DNA of 63,884 nucleotides, the filler included, from Intoshia linei (taxonomy: Eukaryota; Animalia; Orthonectida), in assembly GCA_001642005.1 (NCBI GenBank). It is 7 parts of 7 records of this genome, joined end to end, with 100 filler letters (N's around TTAATTAATTAA, not from the genome) between each part and the next. Parts side by side here need not be neighbours in the genome. Positions count along the whole stretch, not along the records: positions 1 to 28,766 come from LWCA01000402.1; 6 more parts are not named here. The stretch is one strand, 5' to 3'. Below the pieces are notes generated by a model, which was not told where the DNA came from, ran no database searches, and worked only from the letters and a program-made list of their open reading frames with translations. How positions within the stretch are numbered: the stretch's first letter is position 1; each line of letters starts with the position of its first letter. Positions 13,287 to 25,800 of this stretch are shown one piece after another. The translations under genes and the position numbers were made by a program.

Positions 13287-16200
13287 ATGATAATTAATGT
13301 TGACAATTTGCAATTATTATTCCCTTACAAATATGTATACCCAGAACAATACTCATACATGCATCAATTGAAAACTATATTGGATAGTAAAGGCCATGGT
13401 ATTTTAGAAATGCCATCTGGTAGTGGAAAAACGATATGTATTTTGGCAATTTCGGTGATATTTTTAATTCGTTTTCCTAAAAAGTTTGAAAAATTGATAT
13501 ACTGTACTCGAACAGTCCCAGAAGTTGAAAATGCATCAAAAGAATTGAAAAAATTGCTTGTATATTACAAGAGATACAAATTGTTGCAAGATGGAACATT
13601 TTTGTTGAGACATGTAGATGACTCAAACATTGAAATAAACACAAGTCTTCTCGGAGTAGTTTTATCTTGTAGAAAAAATTTGTGTTTGAATGAAGATGCA
13701 ATGCATCTACCAAGTCGAACCGAGGTAGATAGCATGTGTTATAGTCTTACGAAAAATAAAGACTGTACCGATTGCAATAAATGTAAATATTATGAAAATA
13801 TGAATGATAATTTCGATTCAACTTTACCAAACAGTGGTGTGTTTGATATAAACGATTGGAAAGATTTTGGTAAAAAAACTACCAACTGTGCATATTATTC
13901 AGCTAGATATTCCATTATTCGAGCGAATATTGTATTTTTTAGTTATTCGTATTTGTTATCCCCTAAAATTGCAAATTTCGTAACTAGAGACTTGACGAGA
14001 GAAGCTCTGGTTGTGTTTGATGAGGCTCATAACATTGACAATGTTTGTATTGATACAATGAGTGTTACTTTAACGCCAACAATTTTGCAAATTGCCGAAG
14101 AATGTGTTCATTTTTTGCAAGATAAAGTTAAATTTTTTAAAGATTCGCATGCTGATGTTTTGGAGCAAGAATATAACAATATTTTAAAGGGACTTCCATC
14201 TAGTTCTAGAACTGAAATTTTATCTTTACCGATGACTATACCAACTAATTATGTTGATCAAACAATACCAGGGAATATTCGAAAAATTGACCACTTTTTG
14301 CATCATTTGAAACGTTTTGTTCAATACATGAAAGCCAGATTGAAAATTTACGATCATGCCAAACAATCAATATCATCATTTTTATCAGAGTTGTACAAGC
14401 ATACCTATTTAGAACCAAATACTCTTAGATTTTCTAGTGAGCGATTGCAAATCTTGACTGATACTCTACAAATTTATAATTTCGAAAATATTTCAAAATT
14501 GAAAAATCTAGTCTCCCTTTGCGATTTTGCAACGTTAATTGGATATTATACCGATAGTGATAAATTTAGTGTTGTTTGGTCGAAAGATTCTTCAATTCGG
14601 AATTACATATCAGATTCCAATACAAACTCAATTGTGCGTCTGTGTTGTTTGGATTCTTCTATTGCGTTTAAACCAATTTTATCTTTCAAGAGTATTCTTT
14701 TGACTTCTGGTACTTTAACTCCCATGAGCATGTATTCAAAATTACTCAATTTTACGCCGTTAATTTCTACTTCAATTTTAACCGTCTTACCTAGACAGTC
14801 CATTCTACCTATTATTGTCAGTAAGGGTAACGATCAAATAGAACTTTCTACGCGACATGAATCTAGAGATGACCCTAATATCATCAGAAATTATGGAGAT
14901 TTACTTTTATCAATGGTTAGAGTTACACCTGATGGCATTATATGTTTTTTCCCTAGCTATTCGTATATGGAATACGTCCTATCAGAGTGGTATCATCGTG
15001 GTGTCCTAGATCAAATTCAAAAATACAAACTCATTTACATTGAAACACAGGATATCAATGAAACTAATGATGCTTTAGTCAATTTTAAAAAGTCTTGCAA
15101 TTGTGGACGAGGTGCAGTTCTTATATCTGTAGCTCGTGGAAAAGTTAGCGAAGGAGTCGATTTCAAACATCATTTTGGTAGATTGGTAATGTTTAATACA
15201 TACAATATTAACCTTATTCACGTTGTAGACCTTTTCAAGGTTTTTCACATAAATTTACTAACAATTTTTGTTTAGTAATATTCTGACATATTAAATCTAA
15301 TGTATTTTCTGATTAATAAATATTTTCAGTAATACTTTCATGAAGATTATTTTAAAGATAATCAGATTACCTGGTAAATGGTAATTAAGTCTCAAGTAAA
15401 AAAATGATCTGAAAGTTTTCATTTGAAATTTGGGTAAAAAATATGTGCATAATATGTAATTTTTATATGAAAATTGAGACTTATCTATCTAAAATGAAGC
15501 GGATTTTCATATTTTTTACCAAACCGAAAAGGGGAATTTCAAATTATTTTTTAACTATTATCATTATCAAGCTTTAATATTTGATCGTGATAGGATATAA
15601 AAAGCTAATGAACACTGTGGTGTAGGTTTTAATATACATAATACCATAATATATACAATGTATATATTATGGTATTGATAACTGACAAAAAAGTAATATG
15701 TTTTTAGTGCATAATTTTTGGAATTCCATACCTCCATACTCAAAATGCAGTATTTCAAGTGAGATTGGAATATCTCACGGAAAAATTGAATATTAGTCAA
15801 AGGGATTATTTAGCATTCGATGCTATGCGCCACACAGCACAGTAATTTTTATTGATAATTTATAAATAATACAATTTACCTTTTAAATTATATACAATAC
15901 ACTGGGTGCATTATATTGTTCCTATGGCAATGTTTTGAACAACATTCTTTTAAATTTTATTTTTAATGTGTGATTTCTCACAATCCTCGTAGTTAGTTGT
16001 GTTTGGATTTATAGTTTATTCATTTAGATGTGCTGGAAGAGTTTTAAGATCAAAAAAAGACTATGGAGCAATGATATTTGCAGACAATCGTTATGAAAGG
16101 TCGAGTAATTATTCTAAATTGCCAGTCTGGATTACCAACGAGTTGACGTCTGGAAATAAATCATTATCCACAGAAAACGCCGTTCATGAAGTCAAAAATT

Positions 16201-16328
16201 TTTTTTCCAGTATGGGAAATGATTTTAAAATAATTGATAGTAAAGGGCATGCAATTTTCGATGAACTCGGAATTAAAAATACTGAAACCAAAAAAAAAAT
16301 TCTCGAAAAAACTTTAGTTGATGTTTAG
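13287..16328 (+). CDS. ERCC2: TFIIH helicase XPD/RAD3, exons 13287-15185, 15708-15841, 16028-16328
   Basis: FPYKYVYPEQY, LEMPSGSGKT, Fe-S cysteines (RKNLC..), FDEAHNID, SGTL, ARGKVSEGVDF, FDAMRHTAQCAGR, DYGAMIFADNRY. Confidence 0.95.
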
Positions 16329-16661
16329 TATACTAAACTTTTCCTATAATAAATTTGTAGATATGTATTATAAATTTTTAAACCTATATTATTATTTGAT
16401 CAAATTAAAGTTGTTTTATAATTCAGAGTTTCTATTCTAAACTTTAGTTAAATATATTTTTTTGTACTTTCAATATTAAACATGTGTTTAACTTTAATCT
16501 ATACTCTTGGATTATGTATTTCTTTTAATTTTATATCAAATTGAATGTTTGTGTTACTGTTTATTTATAAAAAACAAGTCCTTGAAAATGAAAAAATAAA
16601 AATCCTAAGAATCAATTATATAGATTTCCACCCATATTTCTTTATTCGAAATGTATGGACA

Positions 16662-18150
16662 TTAGGGTGTTAACTTTTTTCACGAATTTTAGAATTAGAT
16701 AAAATCCATAACCGTACGACATGACATATAGATCATCGATATCACGATAGATTATAAACATTAACTATAATGTTTGTTTACCATAACTTTACAAAAAGAT
16801 CAGCCAGGTTTAACACTAAAAAATACCGTAATATAATTGAACTAATGTTTATTTACTTATAATTTTATTTATACTATATAGTATACATATAGTATATGTG
16901 CATAATTTGTCATTAATGTATTTTATTTAAGTTCTATCTCTTAGCAACATAACTCTATGTATACCTCGTTCACCAACATCGTTAGTAATTGCCACTTGGA
17001 GAGGAGAAATTGAAATATAGGCATGTTTTTTTAAGAAGCAAGTGCAACAATTGCACCTTTTCGGCAAATTACAAGGTGGTACACCTTTACTGGCTTCAAA
17101 TAATGATTTTGATAAGATCTGATATTTTTATATACTGTTGCATTCAACCAAAAGTATATGAACGTATCGGCGATAAAGTTGCAACACTCTTCTAAGCCTG
17201 GTTGACGAATTTTTAAGTAAATATTATATTATGTACTTTAATAAAAATGATAAAATAGTAATAATAACCTAAAATCCAAGCTTATAATGATTTTATTGCT
17301 CTAGAATTCCATCGAGCTTGACTAAGAGACCTTGGATTATTCCATTTGACATTAGGCCATTCCCCTTTTTTAACATTTTATATGCCAATGACAGATGCTT
17401 CAACTCAGCGTAGTCGTCACGGGTCCAATAAGAAGTTTTCATTACATCTTTTAATTCATAAGCACTTGACATATACAATGAGATTAAATTGCTAAAGATT
17501 AAGATACTTCTTCTGTTAATTTTCCCCCAGCCTAAGCACATTTTCTACATGACAAATTTATATTTTTAGAGATTTTAACACCTGATTCTGATGAATAATA
17601 TCTTTTTTATAATTGGTATTTCATCCTCATCTGACTGAGAAGAAAGACTTGTAGAAAATTGCTCAGTTGTATAATCAAAATTTTTGGTTTAAGTTCATGT
17701 TTTGAAGGATGAGGTGGTAATATTTCAAAATTAGAAGTGCAATATCTTATACCACTTTTTTTTTGAATTTTATACCATTCTCGTCTATTATGTGGTTTAC
17801 ATAATTTTATCTTTCGCATCAAACTTTTTATTAATGTTTGCAATAAATATTTTACTTTTATTTGAATTTAGATATCGTTTATAATGGTCATATTCAGTAA
17901 ACAGTTTTGTTAATTTTCTTTTTATACTATTTATTTGTATTATTTAATATTAAATTGGTTTTGGAACACGGTAAAAATTTCTTTTGCTATACATAACAAC
18001 GCATGAGATCTGGAATATTCAATTATCATTAGGTATCTACCAATAATTGATTGAATGTTTGGAACTTTGTTAATTTTCTCTAATGATTCAAATTTAGGAA
18101 AATCAGTATTTCTCGTAGATTTTATTCTTAGATTAATGCATCTTGTTTTT
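16662..18150 (-). mobile_element. Degenerate DNA transposase, hATm-like
   Basis: RDDYAEL, ARWNSRAI and TNDVGERGI motifs across frameshifts; TTAGGGTG terminus at about 16662; right boundary approximate. Confidence 0.6.
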
Positions 18151-18639
18151 TATTTATGATTGTACTATATGAAATGTGATACATGATAATAATATTATTA
18201 CCAACATCACAGCCGAATCAGTAAATAAATTTAATCCTAGGAAACCAAACAGGCAACACCATTCTATTGACAAACAAAATTGAAGAAACTTAAATTATAC
18301 TTTAACTATAATTAAATTTGTTTGAACTAATTGACTCAATATCCTTACAATGATGATTTTAAAAAATAAAAATAACTGATATCTATTATATTGATTAGAT
18401 TTAGAGTAATTAATAATATAAATAAACTTAGAGTCAAGGTTAAAAAAATATTTTAAAAATATTTATGAAATCTACTTTGTCCGGCCTGGCTGATATTTTT
18501 GAAAAACTAAAACTTAAAAAGACTACTATTGTATTTATACACCCATTAATCATACTCTGTGCCCATGAATTTTTATGCAAGGCAATAGTTTTTTTAATTC
18601 TGAATGTCTCAATTTTAGCAGCACGCACAACGCGTTCAA

Positions 18640-19250
18640 TGTGTTTGTAGCGTTACTATTAACAAATTCTTATCATGCAACTTTATTACAATAGTTACAC
18701 GAATCGTTCACATCACTTACAAATGTATGCTATGAAAAGCTTTAATTTATAATTTTTTGTATTCAATAAATTATTGTCACATTACTCATTACAGTGTTGG
18801 TCGAATTTCCCATCATCTGTAAACGTGACTCCCAAATCTTTGACAGAGGTTATTTTCGGTAGTACGTGGTTGTGGATCTTTAACGTGGGGTAAAAGTCGT
18901 TTTTGTTTTGTGTGAAGTGCATGAAGTTACATACTTAAGTTTAACAGTAAATTATGTTGGATACTCCATTCATATATTGAGTCAATATCTTTCTGTATTT
19001 TTTCATTGTCCGCAAGGTTGTTTATTACTGATATTACTGAGTAAATTTGTAGGTCATCATCATATTGAATAAATTTGCAGATATTTGATGATATGTGGCA
19101 GATCGTTTACGAACATGTTAAATAACATACCAGATAGGACTCCGCCCTGTGGGACGCCGCTGGGTGCTAAAACTATCTCGGAACTCTGATCATTAATCGA
19201 GATGTACTGTGTCCGGCCAGTCAAGAAGGATAACAATAATATACATTCAA
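18640..19250 (-). mobile_element. Truncated non-LTR (LINE, CR1/Jockey-like) RT fragment
   Basis: SFLTGRTQYI, SGVPQGGVLSGMLFNMFVNDLP, SVKDLGVTF; frameshifted. Confidence 0.85.
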
Positions 19251-19289
19251 TACTCATTTTTTTTAAATTATAGGATGATTATTTACTTT

Positions 19290-20052
19290 TCATTTTTAAT
19301 CCAACATTTGAAAAATATTATATGTTGATAATATACTAAAAATTATTTTTCATCAGGAATGCGTAGATTTCTAAAGTTGAAATTTTGTTTTTATATCAAC
19401 TGGAATAAGCTCTATCAGAGTAATCTTTTTTTTTAATTTTCGGACCGTTAATTATTTCACATTTTTTGTTTTAATAAAAGAATATTAAACTGCTTTTTTG
19501 ACCATGAAGGCGTAACTTAATCAGGTTAAAATTATTTGTGTGTGTTAACAGGATATAACTATCATCCGTAATTTTTTTTTAATTCTAGGACAGTTTTCAT
19601 TTTTTAAAAAAGGTAATTTGGGTTTTTGAACGTAAAAATGACGCTTTGTGAGGTTACCATTTATGATGATGCTTATAAATTTAAAAATCATTCCAGAATT
19701 TATGTTGTGTAAAATTATAAGACTTTCTTTATTTTTATAAAAAAAGGTAATTTGAGGTTTTGGCTGTGAAGATATAAGATTTTGAAATTGAAAATTATAA
19801 TATTGATGAATTTAAAACTTTTTATTAGAATGTGTAATTTTTATAATATTAGGACGGGTTTGAATTTAAAAACAAAGGACAATTGGAGTTTTTAACCTTG
19901 AAGAGCTCAATTTCTGAAATTGAAATTTGCGATAAAACATAACACTGGAAAAGCTCTTATAAGAATATGGAATTTATAAAACCCCACTTCCCTTACTTTC
20001 TTAAATAAACAGACCTACATTTTTAACCATTTTACTATATATAAGTAAGGGT
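19290..20052 (-). mobile_element. Non-autonomous Helitron family copy
   Basis: Reverse-complement similarity to 40867-41400 and 24820-25400; family 5' terminus at about 20050. Confidence 0.75.
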
Positions 20053-20996
20053 ATAATTCAAAACTTTTTATGAGAATTTGGTATGTATCAGAAGGCAATC
20101 AAGATTTAACACACTATACACCAAAAATTCTTTAATGTGTGATTATTTTAATTAAAATATAGTTTATAAAAAATTCAATTAATGCAAAATTAGACTGTAC
20201 TTGATGTAAAAGTAATATTTATTTTCTTTTTACATGTGGTAAAGGGTACCGTTTCATCAATTTATTCAAATCACTGCTTGATAGCCAGCCTGCAGAATTT
20301 GATTTTGTTACATTTTGTGATGATTTTTTCCACTAAATAACTGTATGAATATAACAATACACACTAATTTCTAGATTTATCCAAAATATGCTTCAAAGTA
20401 CCTTTAAAACTTGATTTAAAAAATTTCTCATTAAAGAAAACCACAAAAATTTGGTCAAAAAATCTATAATATCATTAATTAGCCAAATCAATTATTACAT
20501 ATATCTAAGATGTATCTAGTGATATACAGAAAATGAATTTATTGCATAATGATATTAATATTTTTATCCAAAAAAAACCCGCGTCTTGAAATTTAAAATA
20601 TTCATTTTATTATTTCTCAGTTATTTCATTGAAAATTATAATTATCCACTGTCGTGTTAATAAATTTAAATAATACCAATTTTCAATTAATCAGAATTTA
20701 TAAAACTTTTAAAAATGTCGAATATTAAAATAATTTCATCATTTGAAAATTTAAAGAAATGTCTGTAATATTTTCATATTTTGTTGAATCAAACGGTATA
20801 ATAATGACCATTAACCTTGTGAAAGATCATTTTCGACATTAATTAATGTTAGTAAATTAACTATTAAAGTTGAAAATATATGTTCAAAAACTATAAACAA
20901 ATTTAGTTCATATTTGTTTGTAAATTAATTTTAACTTTAATTCGTACAAATCTTCTATGTAAAAAAATAGTTAAGAAATATAAATAGTATCTACGG

Positions 20997-21419
20997 CAGC
21001 TGCCAACTGAGTTATTTTCCCCCTGAGAATTCGGGTTTTCTAATTCAACTCAGGGCTCAGGGTTAAGTAATATTTCTTAAGGTAATTTAATTATTTCAAA
21101 CAAAAACATCACATCAGACACATTTTATTTATATTCTATAATTTAATATGGCCAAAACTCAACAAAAATACAATTGTCAAAAATAATTGATTTTTATTTT
21201 ATTTTTGTGTTGTCATTTGTTTTTTTTCTATAAAGTATTCATTTTGAAATTTGCATTAAAAATTGTGTGTAAACTGTTATTATTTTTTTAATAGACCCAA
21301 AGTAAAAAAGGGCCCACAAAAGTTTTTCACGCTTCGCTGCGCTTCAGCCATGATTCATTCAGCTTCCATTCAGCTTTGCTCAAAACTCAGGGTTAAGAAT
21401 AATTAATGTTGGTAACCTG
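20997..21419. mobile_element. MITE with 8-bp TSD (hAT or P-element-like)
   Basis: Ends CAGCTGCCAAC / GTTGGTAACCTG; perfect TSD ATCTACGG. Confidence 0.85.
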
Positions 21420-22808
21420 ATCTACGGTAATAAAAAATTATTCACAAAAGTGATGAATTAAATTTTGTCATTTTTAAAATCGTTTTACACTTAATATTAT
21501 AAACTTAACAATATTATTTTTTTACAATAGTACTTAAAAAATATTTTGACCCAGTTCATATAAATTCATGTCTTTTTTTGAAATTATATAATTTTTTTAA
21601 AAATGACAAAAAGTTTGTCCGTGAACTGTGTCTAAAATAAACGATTTTTTTTTAATTAATATGATTAGTGTCACATTATCTATGTCATATATCAAAATTA
21701 TAAAAAATGCCTGACAACTAAGGTAATAAAAATGTTGCCATTTTTTTTACTATGACAAATATTAGTAAAACAGTAAAATGCAAAGAAGCGGGTGTTTTTT
21801 GTCACGAAAATAAAAAAAATATCATTCTGCAGAAAATTAAATGGAGATTATTATCTATATATGTTTTTTTTTAAATTTCAAAAAAAGTCAAAATTAGAAT
21901 AGCCCTAATGGACATCACATTTTATCAATGAATAAAAAAATATCGGTAATTACAAAGTTGGTTACAGGTTATTGGAATAAAAGTATTAAAAATTTTCAGG
22001 TTTATGTGAATATATGACGTGCCGTCACTTTGAACCACAATAAATTAGAAATTTGAAAACTAAAATTGTGGTTAAATGGAGTAATAAAACATTTGGTTGT
22101 TTCATGTTTATATTTTATCAGGCTTATTTTCGAAAATATTGACTTTCAAAAAGATTAAGGCAAAATATTTATATCTGAGATAACCATTACCGAAACTTTA
22201 TCTTGACAGTCTACATGTAAATTAATTTGTTTGGTACATTTCCTATCGTCCATATCATTATCTTTTAAGCATTCAAGAATATTGGTTAATTCCATTAGGC
22301 ACGGTATGGCTAAATAAAATTAAAATTTACTAATACTTACTAAAATTAAAATAATAATTTAAACAGACAAATGTACTACCAGTGTTTCTCAACCCTTTTT
22401 GTAGCATCTCAAATTATTGTTGCAATTAATTGAAATAAACTTTTCGGAACCCACTAAAAAACTTCAATCGACACTAGTGGGAATGGAAAACACTACACTG
22501 AGTACAGTGGTGTGATTAAATTCTTTAATAAATACAATACATGATTGATAAACTAAACAGTAATAAATACTTTTTTTATTGACTTCTTTTCCACTGACGA
22601 AATTTTTTAAGTAAACGGGTTTAGCATATTTGTAAATGTTGTACGGATACTTGACATTAAACCTAAACGGCTTACGAGTCCATTTGTCAAAATTGACTAG
22701 GCTGAATTTCATTAATGCCCTTGTATATTGAAACTACAATAAAATGGAAAAAATCTGTAATAAATATCAGTTTATATTGACGATAATTAGTTAAATTTAT
22801 TTCAACAA

Positions 22809-25800
22809 ATGTTAATAAAAACTTTATCAAGGAATCCAGATGAATATGTGAGAGAAACTAAAAATTGCACTCACAAAGGTATTTAATTATTACATTTATA
22901 ATACTGTGATAATGTTGACATTTTTTTAATTGAATATATCAAATATTTTATTTACTGTTAATGTATATAATTTGCTAATTTATTAATATAGTATTCCGAA
23001 ATTATGATGAAAAGGTGCACCCTTTTAAAGTGGAACGTGAATACACGCGTGCCTTAAATGCTACCAAATTGGATCGAGTATTTTCTAAACCATTTGTAGC
23101 TTGTCTAGATAGTCATTCAGATGGTGTTAACCGAATTGCTATACATCCTAATGAACTTTCCACCGTAGTGTCAGGTTCATATGACGGAGAGGTTTGAATT
23201 AATTGTTAATTAATCTTGCATTGATAGATAAAATTGTGGAATTTACAAACAAAAAATTGTGTCAAAACATGCAGTTCTTATAATGGATATGTTCAAGGCT
23301 TAACATTTAGCGTCGATGGGGAACGTTTATATTCCGTATTCTTTTTTTTAATATATTGTATTTTGTGATCAATTTCTAAGGTATCGGCACGAATTATTAA
23401 TATAAAATCTTTAAGTTCGTAAGTTGAGACAACAGTTAAAACAGTTCCTATTTTTATATTTACAATAGAAATTAATTTTAAGAACGGGACCACAAAAATC
23501 TTTCAAATATGTTTTATTTTTAACAATGCACAAATTTTTCGAGTGAAAAGTTGGACATTTTATACAAACAGCAGATGCATTATATTAATTTTCAAAATTT
23601 GATCATTTAAAATCGAAACCAGTACCAGTGCTTTAAAATGAGCCCAGGATGAAATAATATTATTTACTACTTTACATACATTGTTAATATGTTAATAATT
23701 TATATTAAAATTTTAACAATCACTGTCACTTGACATTTGCCACAAAGCTATATGATAATTACTAAAACATGGAACGCTGCATAAACTTTTGTTACAAGTT
23801 TTACAACAAAATTTAGTTAATTTGCGCACCTTTTTGCTTGTACATAATTTGCAGTTTCTTCTTTTACGTTCGGGTATTGTTTGGATCATATGCTTTAGAG
23901 CGCATTTATGAGCGAATTTCATTAATTTATCATGTACGTTTTCAATGTTTACGTCACTAATCTGATTCAAAAAATTCTCACGGTTTTTCAATTTGTCAAC
24001 ATCCTGTGTTTTTTTGTTTTTGTTTTGTTTGATGGATGTCTTTTTCTGGGTATTTTGATTATTGATTTTTCTATTATTATTGATGGCAGAAGTTACATTA
24101 ATTTTTACAATCATTACATCATCTTCACTTGATTCGTCTGATAGGGTTTTGAGTTTTGATTCGCTGTCGAATTTATTATTCATCATCATTTCGAAAAGTT
24201 TAAATTTAACAATAAAGTTTATTGTATTTGCAATTGTTTAGTAACCACTCATCCGTGTGACATACATATGAGTAACTCAATTTTAAAACTGAGTTTTATA
24301 ATGTTACTGAGTTACTATTTGGTAACACATCGCACTATTGTGTTTCATAGAAAAAGTCAACAATTGTAAATATTAATTGAATATCTGCGTCCATGCGATA
24401 AATAATTTTTAATTTTAATTGACGTTTTAGGTGTTTTACCAATATTTAAGTTTTGATAAATTTTGTTAGCCATACATTATTATTGCAGATGCTACTACAG
24501 TCTAAGTCCTTATTAATATGGAATCTTTTCATAGTAACGCACTTGTTAATGGAATTTAATTTTTTTAAATAAAAACCATTAAATGCTCATATTTTTTGTT
24601 ATTATGAGTTTTTGAATAATACATGACGAAGTAATATACACAAAACATTATCAACGGGATCCACAGCCGTTTTTTGGGGTCCATGAAAAATTTTATAACT
24701 TTTAAATTATTTACAGAAATAAAATAAATTTAAAAATTATATTTCCGCAATGATAGTAATTATTTCTAATTAACGTCATCTAATTTAATATCTATTAAAA
24801 AGTTCATAAAAAATCCTTATAAATATCAATAACTACCAGTCTTAGAATTTTATAAAGTCCACATTTCAATTACAGTTTTTTCCGGGTGATAATAAGATAA
24901 TTTTCAACCTCCCAAACTCAAAAACCAAAAATCTTACTAAAAATCTAAAATCTTACGGGTCAAAAACCCCAATTGTTTTTTTTTTGAAAATCAAACTAAT
25001 TGGAAAATTTAAAAAAATTATATCTTCAGGGCCAAAACCACAAATTTTTAATGAAAACAACTTTAAAATTTCAAAAATTTACAGACGGTACAGTTGTATC
25101 CTGTTAACACACACAAAATTTCAATCCGATTAAGTGACGACTTCACGGTCAAAAAAGCATGTTAGTATTCATATATTTTTTTCCGAAATATTTTATTAAA
25201 ACAAAAAATGTGAAATAGTTAACGGTCAGAAAATTAAAAAAAAAAATTATTCTGATAGAGCTTATTCCAGTTAATATAAATACAAAAGTTTAACCTGAGA
25301 AATCTACGCATTCCCGATGAAAAATAATTTTTAATATATTATGAACCAATTTTTAACCCTAGAAATCTACCTATTCCCGGTAAAATAATAATTTTTAATA
25401 TATTATCAACCAATATTTTTTTGGTATAATAAAAATGTGCCCTCGGCATAGCTAGGTGCTGTTTGTACGTAGTACATAACAGTAAATCTAGTTAGTTTAT
25501 ATTTATGATAGTCACTAAAAATAGATTCTAGAGCTTTAGAGATAAAATTTTTATTAACGGAATTTTTGATCATACAAATTCATTAAGAAAAAATAAATAA
25601 TTCAAAATTTCATTAAAATGGAATTTTTTTGCTAAAATTAAATTTCCGCTATCAAAAATTCCGTTAATAAAGACTTATATATATATGATATATATATAGT
25701 GTATTAGTGTTTCTACGATTCCAATAAAGTTTATTATTTTTACGATTCCGAATTGGAGTTTCCGATTCTTTTTAAAAAAAAATAAAAATTAATTGCAAAA

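Noticed and set aside
24820-25491. Recurrent hairpin repeat considered as a CRISPR repeat or a structured ncRNA
   Set aside because: Copies are dispersed in both orientations without regular spacers, and the termini fit a Helitron
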